NCBI GenBank assembly: GCA_903925275.1
Contig: CAIYES010000233.1
Coordinates: 1,547 to 65,546, forward strand
Direction of reading: 5' to 3'
Length of the DNA: 64,000 bases
DNA from: an uncultured Bacteroidales bacterium
Lineage (GTDB): Bacteria > Bacteroidota > Bacteroidia > Bacteroidales > FEN-979
Shown: in pieces, positions 40,814-49,758 of the stretch
How positions within the stretch are numbered: the stretch's first letter is position 1
Layout of the letters: each line of letters opens with the position of its first letter
Notes under the pieces: generated by a model
What the model was told of the DNA's origin: nothing
The model's input: only the letters and a program-made list of their open reading frames with translations
The model's database searches: none
Position numbers and translations under genes: made by a program

Positions 40814-41236
40814 ATGAGAAACTTAACAGTATTTTGTCTGATCATTTTACCTGTTTTGTTATTTTCCTGTATGCCACATGATCACAAGGATGGTGTAATT
40901 TGCACCACTGAATACCGGATGCTCACGGTATCGGTAAAGGATACAATGTCTCAGCCTGTCCATTTAAGTAGTTATTATGTAAAAAAAACCAGTACTGGTG
41001 AGATCATGGATTTTGAGAAGGAAGACCACTATACGGATAGTATAAATAGAATACAGGGCATCTATTTCTTGTTCACGGATGGAAAAATGGGAATGACCTC
41101 AAAAAACGGCACTGAATTTGAATTTCATGGAATGCTGGATACATCAGAAATCGTAAATGAACATTTTATCATCGGAAATGACGAGTGCCATGTTAAAATC
41201 GTTTCTGGCAATACTGCGATCATTATTTCAAGATGA
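40814..41236 (+). CDS. Hypothetical lipoprotein
   Basis: Signal peptide with lipobox LLFSC; no recognisable motif. Confidence 0.45.
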   Translation: MRNLTVFCLIILPVLLFSCMPHDHKDGVICTTEYRMLTVSVKDTMSQPVHLSSYYVKKTSTGEIMDFEKEDHYTDSINRIQGIYFLFTDGKMGMTSKNGTEFEFHGMLDTSEIVNEHFIIGNDECHVKIVSGNTAIIISR

Positions 41237-41300
41237 AACAGATTCGTGGTATTGCTTTCCGTTTGATTTTCTGATGCGTTTTTGAGGAATATGGGTTTAA

Positions 41301-42041
41301 TCAATCAATATTGTTTTCGGTAAATACACCGGCCGATTTTCGGCTTATCCCATTCCTGTATGGACAAACCTTCCGGCATGCATTGCAGGTGTAAATTTCC
41401 CACCCCCTGGGATGTTGAATGAATGAGAACCCTCTGCATCGTTTCTGGATTACTGTAATGCCGTTTAATGCCTTAACAGGACAAGCATCAAGACACAGTC
41501 TGCAACCGGGCAGACAGCAAAAATCATCAACAACAGGATCAGGTTCAATTTCGGTATCAAGCAGTACCGCTCCGATATAAACCATATTGCCATATTCACG
41601 GTTTATCAGCAGCGTATTTCTGCCCAGAATACCCAGACCGGCATTGAAGGCAGCATGTCGCATGGAGATGATTCCCATGGCATGTTGATTTTCAGCATCC
41701 CAATGAATGTATGGCACATCGGTAACTACAGGTACTACCTGAATGTTAAACTCTTCGAGTTTGGAACACAGATTCAATCCGATCTGATCCAGCGCTGAAT
41801 AAAGTAAGTCGGCGGTATGTGAATAGGGTACGGGATTTTCAGCCATGATTACCTCCGAAGGCATTTTCTTCAGGAAAACCACAACTGACTTGCAGTTGGA
41901 ATAGATATCCGTCGGGCGAAATCCTTCCGGAGCAGAATAAAATCTATCGATGCCGGAAATTCCACATTTATCGGCCCCAAGATTGAGGACAATGGATTTT
42001 ATTTCTTTTGCAGAGATCATTTCAATGGGCTGAGATTTCAA
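41301..42041 (-). CDS. 4Fe-4S dicluster protein, QueG/reductive-dehalogenase-like
   Basis: Two Cys clusters (CCLPGCRLCLDACP and CNACRKVCPY) C-terminal to an about 170-aa domain resembling epoxyqueuosine-reductase-type proteins. The assignment is approximate. Confidence 0.55.
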   Translation of the reverse strand: MKSQPIEMISAKEIKSIVLNLGADKCGISGIDRFYSAPEGFRPTDIYSNCKSVVVFLKKMPSEVIMAENPVPYSHTADLLYSALDQIGLNLCSKLEEFNIQVVPVVTDVPYIHWDAENQHAMGIISMRHAAFNAGLGILGRNTLLINREYGNMVYIGAVLLDTEIEPDPVVDDFCCLPGCRLCLDACPVKALNGITVIQKRCRGFSFIQHPRGWEIYTCNACRKVCPYRNGISRKSAGVFTENNID

Positions 42042-42364
42042 TCATCATTGAACTTCCTCTTGGAGGTCTTTGATGCCCCATGACCTCCAAGAAATCCCCA
42101 ACCTCCGCTTCCGAGTACGAATCCAAATGAATACCATATTCCATTGTTATTCGGAGCAAAGACTGAGACATCATTCCGCCAAAGCATGGCGATCAGGTCG
42201 ATTGGTGCAATGATCCCATGCCACAAGCCACCCCAGAAACCGTAGGTGTGACCTTTGAGGCATTCTGTGACAACTTCCTTGTTGGCGCATCCTGAAAACA
42301 GCAATAACGTTGCAAACAGGATGAGAAGGATTACTGTTCCGTTAACGGGAAAAAACTTTTTCAT
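42038..42364 (-). CDS. Small lipoprotein/membrane protein, hypothetical
   Basis: Lipobox LLFSGC, a glycine-rich hydrophobic C-terminal half, and a 4-nt overlap with the downstream gene. Confidence 0.45.
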   Translation of the reverse strand: MKKFFPVNGTVILLILFATLLLFSGCANKEVVTECLKGHTYGFWGGLWHGIIAPIDLIAMLWRNDVSVFAPNNNGIWYSFGFVLGSGGWGFLGGHGASKTSKRKFNDD

Positions 42365-42386
42365 GGTTATTGCGCTGATTTTAATA

Positions 42387-42677
42387 CTACATTATTTTCG
42401 TATTTGTTTTAACCTCTTCAATAAACTCCTTGGATGGTTTGAATGCTGGTATCATATGGGCGGGAATCTTTAAGGCAGTGTTTTTAGTGATATTTCTCCC
42501 GATTTTTTCAGCCCTTTTCTTCAGGAGGAAAGTACCAAATCCACGGAGATAAATGTTTTCACCTTTTGTCATATTAGCCTTAATGTTTTCCATCACTGCT
42601 TCAACTACCGTTAATACTGTACCTTTCTCGATTCCTGTTGTGACGACGATTTTTTCGACGATTTCTGCTTTTGTCAT
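42387..42677 (-). CDS. hup: HU/IHF-family DNA-binding protein
   Basis: MTKAEIVEKI...VMENIKANM..GENIYLRGFGTF..KKRAEK.GRNI..N..L.IPA...P.FKPSKEF is the canonical HU pattern. Confidence 0.85.
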   Translation of the reverse strand: MTKAEIVEKIVVTTGIEKGTVLTVVEAVMENIKANMTKGENIYLRGFGTFLLKKRAEKIGRNITKNTALKIPAHMIPAFKPSKEFIEEVKTNTKIM

Positions 42678-42857
42678 ATCCGTAGAATTAAATGGTTAAG
42701 ATGTTGATTTAATGCGGAAAGTTAGGAAATTTCAAGATGCCGGCATGGATAATGATAAAATATCTTGTAAAAACCGATATTCTCCTATCTTTCATACATT
42801 TGTATAAACTTTTTATCCAAAAAGGAACAAGAAAATGTAACGCAACAATAATCCGAC

Positions 42858-43766
42858 ATGACGAAAAACAAAACAGTCTTTGATTTTTTTTATTCCAGGC
42901 TTCTTTCCGGAAAGATTAAAGAAAAAAGCGAAGTAATTATTATCTCTGTTGCAATAGTCAGTTTTATCCTTCATCTACTGTTGGTAACACTTGTAAACTT
43001 AAATGTTTTGCAACTGAACGATTATTCCGGAATATTCAGGAATCCGATAGCGGCGATATATACACCCTTCTCATTCATATTGATTTACGAGGTTTACCTT
43101 TTGGTGTATTACCTGCCAAAATCAACCACCAATTATATCGGTAAACAATATGAAATCATCACCCTGATCTTGATCAGAAGTATTTTTAAAGATCTGGCCA
43201 ACCTGCAATTCACTTCAGATTGGTTCAGGGTGCAAAATGATCTCAAGTTCACTTATGATCTGGTGGCAACAATTGTTTTGTTCTTTCTGATTTTTATATT
43301 TTACCGGCTCAATGAAAAAAATGACGAAAGGCATCCTAAAAACAGCCCGCTATCATTGGAAATAGTGAAATTTATTAAAATGAAAAACATTATTGCCATG
43401 TGTTTAATACCCGTATTTTTAATTTTAGCGATCGTTGGCTTCAGCCGATGGGTTCACGGGAGTTTCTTTTCCATAAGTCAAATGGTGGATTCCATGAAAA
43501 ACGTCAATACAATATTTTTTAATGAATTTTTTACGGTTTTAATCCTGACAGATGTTTTGTTGCTGCTGATTTCATTTTTATATACCGACAAATTCTATAA
43601 AGTAATCAGGAATTCAGGCTTCATTATTTCAACCATTTTGATTAAACTGTCGTTTGGAATAGAAGGGGTATTAAATACGATTATGGTTGTTGTGGCTGTA
43701 TTATTCGGGGTTCTCATTTTGCTTATTCACAATCAATATGAAAAAATGAGCCTATCCAACGACTGA
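42858..43766 (+). CDS. Hypothetical multi-pass membrane protein
   Basis: Six or more hydrophobic helices, very AT-rich codons, no motif. Confidence 0.45.
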   Translation: MTKNKTVFDFFYSRLLSGKIKEKSEVIIISVAIVSFILHLLLVTLVNLNVLQLNDYSGIFRNPIAAIYTPFSFILIYEVYLLVYYLPKSTTNYIGKQYEIITLILIRSIFKDLANLQFTSDWFRVQNDLKFTYDLVATIVLFFLIFIFYRLNEKNDERHPKNSPLSLEIVKFIKMKNIIAMCLIPVFLILAIVGFSRWVHGSFFSISQMVDSMKNVNTIFFNEFFTVLILTDVLLLLISFLYTDKFYKVIRNSGFIISTILIKLSFGIEGVLNTIMVVVAVLFGVLILLIHNQYEKMSLSND

Positions 43767-43818
43767 GTCAATATACTTTTAAGCAAGAAATTCTGCTTAA
43801 GTAAGGTCTGCTTAAAAA

Positions 43819-44147
43819 GGATCAAGAGGAAAATCTGGAGGATTACGTTTGAAATTGAAATCGACCTGGTGAAAAAGAATCTGGAAAAATCACTGCAATC
43901 TTAGAACCCCATCGGGGTGATATCTTTGTAGCAAGAGAAAAGCGGACCATTTCAAGAGCCCCATCGGGGCGACATGGTTATTGAACCTGTCAAAGAATAG
44001 CTGTTGAATTTATTTAACATTAGGAAGAATAATCTATTTCGCAGCTACGCTGCTTAGTTATTCACGCCCTGTTATTACTACAAAGATTAGGCAGTTACGC
44101 TGCCAATTGAAAGCAAGTGGAAAACCCCCGGAAATTCTTCTTGATCC
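43819..44147 (+). mobile_element. 329-bp non-autonomous TIR element (MITE-like), copy 2, with its own 8-bp target-site duplication
   Basis: Collinear with copy 1 in the same orientation. It is flanked by CTTAAAAA at 43811-43818 and 44148-44155. The right end is shorter than in copy 1. Confidence 0.8.
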
Positions 44148-44316
44148 CTTAAAAACTCCTTGCTAACTGAACGAAAGATAACGATACCTGAAAATCTGTG
44201 TTTGAAACACCAGAAATCCGTTATGAGTTGAAGCAAAAAGGCATCACCAGCGATTGAGGAGAGATTGTCAGGTTTATGATTGTTAAAAAAGGTTCACCCG
44301 TCTCTTAATCGATTTA

Positions 44317-44898
44317 TTATTGTGGTGAATACATGTTGCTCATTTCCTCTTCAAAGATTTTTTTAAATTTATCGTAAATGAAATCAGCCCTTACAACCTG
44401 ATCGCCTGACAGCTTGCTGCTGATTGCGCTGAATACAGCACTGCTTTCCAATTCAAGGGTGTAATGCGTTTTAAATTTTCCCTCTTTGGTTTTTGTTTGC
44501 AGGTTGCATATCACAACAGCGTCTTTCAGTAATTGGTTCACCGCTTCGCGGGACAGGGTTTCATAGCGGACAAGTAATTCATTCCTGTTATTGCCCATAA
44601 AGGAATGACCATAGTTATCGATAACGGACTTAACCAAAGTCCCAATCTGATCAGCCAGGTTAGCGCGCGCCTTGGCTTCTGCGTTTTTCTCCGACATCTG
44701 CTGATCCCTGCTTTCGCCCGTTGCGGTGTCGCGGTAATGTTCCAGGTCCGAATTGAACTGTGCACCGTAACAGTACTTTACTATTTCCTCATCCCCCTGG
44801 GGATTAAATGATGTTGCATTTAATCTTTCGGAGAGGAAGCCCATGGTAAATGTCATGATCACCAGCATTACCATACTTTTTGCATAGATATTTCTCAT
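44317..44898 (-). CDS. Hypothetical secreted protein
   Basis: N-terminal hydrophobic signal, no recognisable motif. Confidence 0.4.
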   Translation of the reverse strand: MRNIYAKSMVMLVIMTFTMGFLSERLNATSFNPQGDEEIVKYCYGAQFNSDLEHYRDTATGESRDQQMSEKNAEAKARANLADQIGTLVKSVIDNYGHSFMGNNRNELLVRYETLSREAVNQLLKDAVVICNLQTKTKEGKFKTHYTLELESSAVFSAISSKLSGDQVVRADFIYDKFKKIFEEEMSNMYSPQ

Positions 44899-45092
44899 TT
44901 TCAGTCGTTATAAAGTTAACAATGTTATGTTTTTGAAAATCAATAGATTAAATTTTACTCTTCCAAAGATAACAAAGAAATTTATAACTACTCACTGATT
45001 GGTGGAAATGACTTTTTTCCTGGTTGAACAGTTGGGTGTGGAGACAAGAAAGCATTTGTAACAGAAAATCCGGCAGAAGGCTGGTACGGTTA

Positions 45093-46712
45093 CTATTTAA
45101 TCTCCTCAATTTTCCTGATAATCCGCGACAGCGCTTCGTTAAGCTTTGCTTCAGGTGTGATGATGTTAAACCCTTCCCAGAAAGCATCATTTCCGTTGTA
45201 TGGTTGATCCGAAAATACAATACCGGGCTTCATTAATTCCTGTTTCTGAAATTTCACAACCTCAGAGGTGTCAATGTTACAGGTGGCGAGTTCAAGGAAG
45301 GTATTAAAGTGATCGGACGATAAGTGATGCCTCAGACGCGTTATTACCTCCAGATCACAGCGGGCATGCTGAAGGTAATACCTGCCGTTGAAGGAGGTAT
45401 AGCTGAGGGAATAATTTATCTTTTTGAGTTTAACAATCAGCCGGCTGCTTTTCTTCAGCACAAGGTCTTCAGCCGCAAGATCAAGATAGGCCGGGTTAAT
45501 TTCGAAATCAGCGCCCAGGATGGCAAAACCTTCCTTCTCAATATAAACTGTTCCGGTATACAACGCTTTTTTCAGGTCGGTATTTTGCACAAATGTAATG
45601 GCATAAGCATCCTTTGCATTATAGGATACCAGGTCGGAATATTTATATATGTATTCAACAGGTGGTGTTTGATCAAGGAAACCCGGAATACATTTGACAA
45701 TATCAAGCTGCAGGGCTGATTGAACCCCGGCTTTAAGTTTCAGGAAAACAGTATCGGAGGGATTTGCATTCTGAACTTTTCTCGACTTAAGCAGCTTTAC
45801 CTGGTCGGAATGTTCGCTTACATCATATGGTGATTTATATACCTTAAAAACGGCCTCCGAATAGCTGATAAATTTATTGTTTTTCTGCACCCCTTCGCGA
45901 TAAAACGTTGTAAGATAAGCTGGATCAACGGCATAGTTCTTCTTTCGTTGATCCATTGCTTTCTCGATAATTAAAGTCGGATCAATGTATCGTATAATAA
46001 CTTCCTGGATGGAAATTACCCTGCGGTCGAGGTAGAGGTCAACCTGCTGCTCGTCGAGCAACTGAACCGGAATCTGCTGGCTCATATATCCCAGGTGCGA
46101 AACAACCAAAGAGGTTCCGATCAGAGAATCTGGAATTCTGAGCAAAAAAAAACCATCACTGTTTGTAATGGTGCCAATGTTCTCCTCAACGATTCCAATG
46201 GTAGCAAACGGTATCGCTGTTTTGTTTTCGTTATCGAAAATGTGCCCTTTAATTACAATATATTTGATTACATCCATTCCGGGAACAACCGGTTGTTTCT
46301 TGATTACGGGAAGTGCGTCATTTTTCGTCTGATAAATCAAAATATGTTTACCCAGTACTTTATACGTAAGTCCGGGAGTTGAAAGTATGTTATCGAGCAC
46401 TTTATTCAGCGGCTGATTATCGGCATGCAGTTTAACATGTTTATCGCTTTCAATGGTTTCACTGTTATAAATAAAAAAACAGTCCGCTTTTTGCGATATC
46501 AGGTTTAATGCTTCGTACAGCGTTGTATTTTGTTTGGGGATGCTGATGGTTTTTTCGAGCAGCGGGATCTGACCGAAGGCTGAATTCAGCGAAAACAGTA
46601 AAATGCCTGCACTGAATATACAAGCTTCAAAAAATGAAAGCCCGGGGCTGTATTTGCAAAACTTAATTCTGTCTTGCGCCTTCTTTATTTTCGAAAAATA
46701 CAACTTCGCCAT
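45093..46712 (-). CDS. STN (secretin/TonB N-terminal signalling) + carboxypeptidase-regulatory-like domain protein lacking plug and barrel
   Basis: LYEALNLISQKADCFFIYNSE...NQPLNKVLDNILSTPGLTYKVLGKHILIY is STN-like. IKGHIFDNENKTAIPFATIGI...TNSDGFFLLRI is CarbopepD_reg-like. The C-terminal about 300 aa is paralogous to 48276..49526. The track start overlaps fecR by 50 nt, so the true start is uncertain. Confidence 0.65.
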   Translation of the reverse strand: MAKLYFSKIKKAQDRIKFCKYSPGLSFFEACIFSAGILLFSLNSAFGQIPLLEKTISIPKQNTTLYEALNLISQKADCFFIYNSETIESDKHVKLHADNQPLNKVLDNILSTPGLTYKVLGKHILIYQTKNDALPVIKKQPVVPGMDVIKYIVIKGHIFDNENKTAIPFATIGIVEENIGTITNSDGFFLLRIPDSLIGTSLVVSHLGYMSQQIPVQLLDEQQVDLYLDRRVISIQEVIIRYIDPTLIIEKAMDQRKKNYAVDPAYLTTFYREGVQKNNKFISYSEAVFKVYKSPYDVSEHSDQVKLLKSRKVQNANPSDTVFLKLKAGVQSALQLDIVKCIPGFLDQTPPVEYIYKYSDLVSYNAKDAYAITFVQNTDLKKALYTGTVYIEKEGFAILGADFEINPAYLDLAAEDLVLKKSSRLIVKLKKINYSLSYTSFNGRYYLQHARCDLEVITRLRHHLSSDHFNTFLELATCNIDTSEVVKFQKQELMKPGIVFSDQPYNGNDAFWEGFNIITPEAKLNEALSRIIRKIEEIK

Positions 46713-47694
46713 TGATGGTTTGGCTTTTCAGGTTCAGTGTCATACAAATAAGCTCGGTCATTGTTTCGGCTGTTTCGTTCTGGAAAGTAACGGTAAGCTT
46801 ATGTTTTCCGATTTCATTATCCGATAACACAAAGGTAGTGTTGAAATTCCGATTCAGCACATGAATAATATTCTGAAGTGTTTCATCTTTAAATTGCATG
46901 CGCTGTTTATACCAGGAAGTTGTTTCGTTTGCAATATGCTTTGACTTCACCAGGTTGTTTTCAACGGTTGAAATCTTTTCGCCGGCTACAACCATTTCGC
47001 TTTTAGAAGGATCCGTTTTCAACGTCACTTTCACCTTTCCCCGGTCGACAAAGAGTTCGAAGCCATGACCATTTTTTGTTTTCACATTAAAAGCCGTTCC
47101 CAGAACCTGTATCAGCGCCTCATCAGTTTCAATGATAAAAGGCCTGTCGGGATTGGGTGCAATATCGAAAAAAGCCTCCCCTTTCAGCTCGACATTGCGC
47201 GATCCGGATTTGAATTCCTCCGGAAAAGAGAACAATGAATTTTGAGCGATATAAATAACCGAGCCATCAGCAAGGGTTTTGATAAGGGTGGTAACACCAT
47301 TGCCTGTATTAAGCTGGACCATTTCAACTGCCGGCTTACGGCTCATCATCATATAAAAACCTATACCGGTGCCCACCAGAATCAATATGGCAGCAGCAAT
47401 TTTTAACAGTGCGGGCATTAACCTGATTTTCGAAGCATCCTGCTGTACAGGAATCAAATTCTCCTCCTGAAGGCGACCATGCAGTTTATCCCAGGCTTTG
47501 CCGGTATGGGGAGATTTGGCTGTATGATATCCTTTCATGGCGGACCATTGTTTTTTCAATTTTTCAATCCTGATTTCATCTTCTTCCGAGACGGAAATTT
47601 CTTTTTCAAAAGCGCACGACTCCGTTTCGTTCATTTCACCACTCAGATATCTGGCGAGTTTTTCTGTCTGTTGTTTGTTTCTATCTGTTTTCAT
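46663..47694 (-). CDS. FecR-family anti-sigma factor
   Basis: N-terminal cytoplasmic region, a single TM (ALLKIAAAILILVGTGIGFYMM), a periplasmic FecR domain (VELKGEAFFD...FIIETDEALIQVLGTAFNV), and a 4-nt overlap with the sigma gene. Confidence 0.8.
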   Translation of the reverse strand: MKTDRNKQQTEKLARYLSGEMNETESCAFEKEISVSEEDEIRIEKLKKQWSAMKGYHTAKSPHTGKAWDKLHGRLQEENLIPVQQDASKIRLMPALLKIAAAILILVGTGIGFYMMMSRKPAVEMVQLNTGNGVTTLIKTLADGSVIYIAQNSLFSFPEEFKSGSRNVELKGEAFFDIAPNPDRPFIIETDEALIQVLGTAFNVKTKNGHGFELFVDRGKVKVTLKTDPSKSEMVVAGEKISTVENNLVKSKHIANETTSWYKQRMQFKDETLQNIIHVLNRNFNTTFVLSDNEIGKHKLTVTFQNETAETMTELICMTLNLKSQTINGEVVFFENKEGARQN

Positions 47695-48251
47695 AACGCT
47701 CCTTCTCTGGTATACTCTTTCAACGTTTTTCTGAACAGTTGCAGTGCTTTTCCCATATCGGCCTCAACGGTTTTCACCGAAATGGATAAGATGAGGGCAA
47801 TTTCGCGATATTTCATCCCTTCGAACCGGTTCATTCGGAAAATCCGGGAGCAACGTTCCGGCATTTTCTTGAAAGTTGCGTTTATTAAATTGCCTAAATC
47901 GTTCAACTCTACATCTGTTTGCACATTTACCGGCATCTTATCCTGAGATTCGTTGAAAATATGTTCTGCATAACTTTTCCGAACGGCAAGGTGTTGGAGA
48001 TAATGAAGTGCATTGTTTCTGATTGAATGATACAAATAAGCGTTCAGCGACAACTTCGGACTGAATGATTCCCTGTTTTTCCAAAAATTATAGAAAAACT
48101 CCTGAACTAAATCTTCCGCTGTATCCATATCGTTCAGGAGTTTATCTGCATGATGGCACAAAGGCCCGTAGTATTTGGTAAAAAGCCGTTCAAATTCCCT
48201 GATGTCGCCACCTTGTATTTTCTTCTGTATATATAAATCAGTAAGGTTCAT
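47691..48251 (-). CDS. ECF-type RNA polymerase sigma-70 factor
   Basis: 186 aa. Region 2 (FERLFTKYYGPLCHHA...AEDLVQEFF) and region 4 (RIFRMNRFEGMKYREIALILSISVKTVE). Confidence 0.85.
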   Translation of the reverse strand: MNLTDLYIQKKIQGGDIREFERLFTKYYGPLCHHADKLLNDMDTAEDLVQEFFYNFWKNRESFSPKLSLNAYLYHSIRNNALHYLQHLAVRKSYAEHIFNESQDKMPVNVQTDVELNDLGNLINATFKKMPERCSRIFRMNRFEGMKYREIALILSISVKTVEADMGKALQLFRKTLKEYTREGAL

Positions 48252-48275
48252 AGGGATTTGATAAGCGTTGCGGAT

Positions 48276-49526
48276 CTATTTCTTCTTGCTTTTCGCAAGC
48301 TTTTTTATAGCATTTTCGATGGAATTATCCGGTTCAATGATATTGTATTCACCCCAGAAATCAACATCTGCAAAATCCTGTACTTTCTCTGTAAAAACCA
48401 TGTTCGATTTGAACACATCCTGGTTTGCAAATTTAGCGATATTATTCTCCCGCCTGTCGGTAATGGCTACCTCCGACATAACGGTATAATGATTTTTGAA
48501 CAGTCGTCTCTTCCAGTCACAGGTGAATTTCAGATCAACACGCACATAGTTGAGGAAGTATTTGCCGTTTTGTTCTTTATAGGTTACAAGGTAACTGGTC
48601 GATGTCGGCATAAAGTGCAAGCCCATTGGCTTTTTCTGAATAAAAACGCGCGCAGCCTTGGCTTCATCTTTGAGATCGAGGCTGAATTCAGCGCGGGTTA
48701 TGGCCATATTTTCCTGGGAAATGAATAGCTTCCCAAAATAAAGCGGATCTTCGTTTACAACAATTGGCGAGAAGTTGATTACCCAGTTTATTTTATTTTC
48801 GATATTTACCATCGATCCAAATTCGAACTGATAATTATCAAGGTTATCCAAAGCTATGCTGAGGTCGGTGTTTTTAACAATATCGATCAGCATTGCAACA
48901 TTAGGGCCACCTTGCAACTGAACCATCAGGGTGTCGGCTTTTTTCACATTGGAACCTTTTCGTCCCTTGTAAATTTTCACCTGGTCGTCCTGATTACTTG
49001 AATAAGGCGCCTTATAGATATCAACCACAGCTTCGGCAATTGAAACATAATCGCGACGCTGCCTGATTGACTCACGGTAAAAACCAGTCATCATGTTGGG
49101 TGTTTCACTGAAGTTCTTTCTGATGTTTCTGATTGCCATTTCCACAATTCCGCGTGCATCTCCAGGCACGATGGAAATTTCCTTAAGCTGGATTGGCTGA
49201 AGGTCGAGATAGAATGTTTTATCTTTTCCGACCGCTTCGCTGATTTTAAACTTCGCCGTTGTATAACTTACATGCGATACTTCAAAGTATTCGGCATTAA
49301 GTGATGTGTTCACTTTTAAGGTGAATTCCCCGTCGGAGTTTGAAACTGTCCCAATGCCCGTTTTGGGTACAGAAATAGTGGCATAAACAATTTTGTCACC
49401 GGTTTTGGAATCCTTTAACTGTCCGCTGACAGTGACAAATGAATTTTGTGATAAAGCTGTACCATATACGGCAATAAACAGCAATAATATGCCTGTACGG
49501 ATCAAATTCTTTTTGAATGTTCTCAT
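48276..49526 (-). CDS. Carboxypeptidase-regulatory-like domain protein, paralogue of the C-terminal two thirds of 45093..46712
   Basis: VSGQLKDSKTGDKIVYATISV...SNSDGEFTLKV is CarbopepD_reg-like. The remainder is collinear with the other protein (FYRESIRQRRDYVSIAEAVVDIYKAPY vs FYREGVQKNNKFISYSEAVFKVYKSPY). Confidence 0.65.
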   Translation of the reverse strand: MRTFKKNLIRTGILLLFIAVYGTALSQNSFVTVSGQLKDSKTGDKIVYATISVPKTGIGTVSNSDGEFTLKVNTSLNAEYFEVSHVSYTTAKFKISEAVGKDKTFYLDLQPIQLKEISIVPGDARGIVEMAIRNIRKNFSETPNMMTGFYRESIRQRRDYVSIAEAVVDIYKAPYSSNQDDQVKIYKGRKGSNVKKADTLMVQLQGGPNVAMLIDIVKNTDLSIALDNLDNYQFEFGSMVNIENKINWVINFSPIVVNEDPLYFGKLFISQENMAITRAEFSLDLKDEAKAARVFIQKKPMGLHFMPTSTSYLVTYKEQNGKYFLNYVRVDLKFTCDWKRRLFKNHYTVMSEVAITDRRENNIAKFANQDVFKSNMVFTEKVQDFADVDFWGEYNIIEPDNSIENAIKKLAKSKKK

Positions 49527-49758
49527 GGCTGATGGTTTTGAAGGTTTTCTGTTTTTGAGGGATTACATCTATAAGAAACCCCAGCCTGAAAATACCCTAT
49601 GAAAATATTGCTTTTTTTCTTCCCGGTATACAATCCTGCCCAATTTTCTACCTTCAGGATGAGCCCGGATTACTTGAAAGTGGTTGATTTATCGGGGAAA
49701 AGACCTTTTCCTTCCAATTCAGCTTAACGCCTTTTTAATTCAGCAGAACCTGAACCTG

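Noticed and set aside
22779-44147. The two MITE copies as the arms of a composite transposon
   Set aside because: Each copy has its own, different 8-bp duplication (CTAATTAC vs CTTAAAAA), which indicates independent insertions. A composite element would carry one TSD on its outer flanks only, and no transposase lies between the copies.
46144-46152. A9 (T9 on the coding strand) tract inside the STN-domain gene as a phase-variation site
   Set aside because: The reading frame is intact, the tract length is marginal, and there is no evidence of heterogeneity. It is noted only as a possible slippage-prone site.
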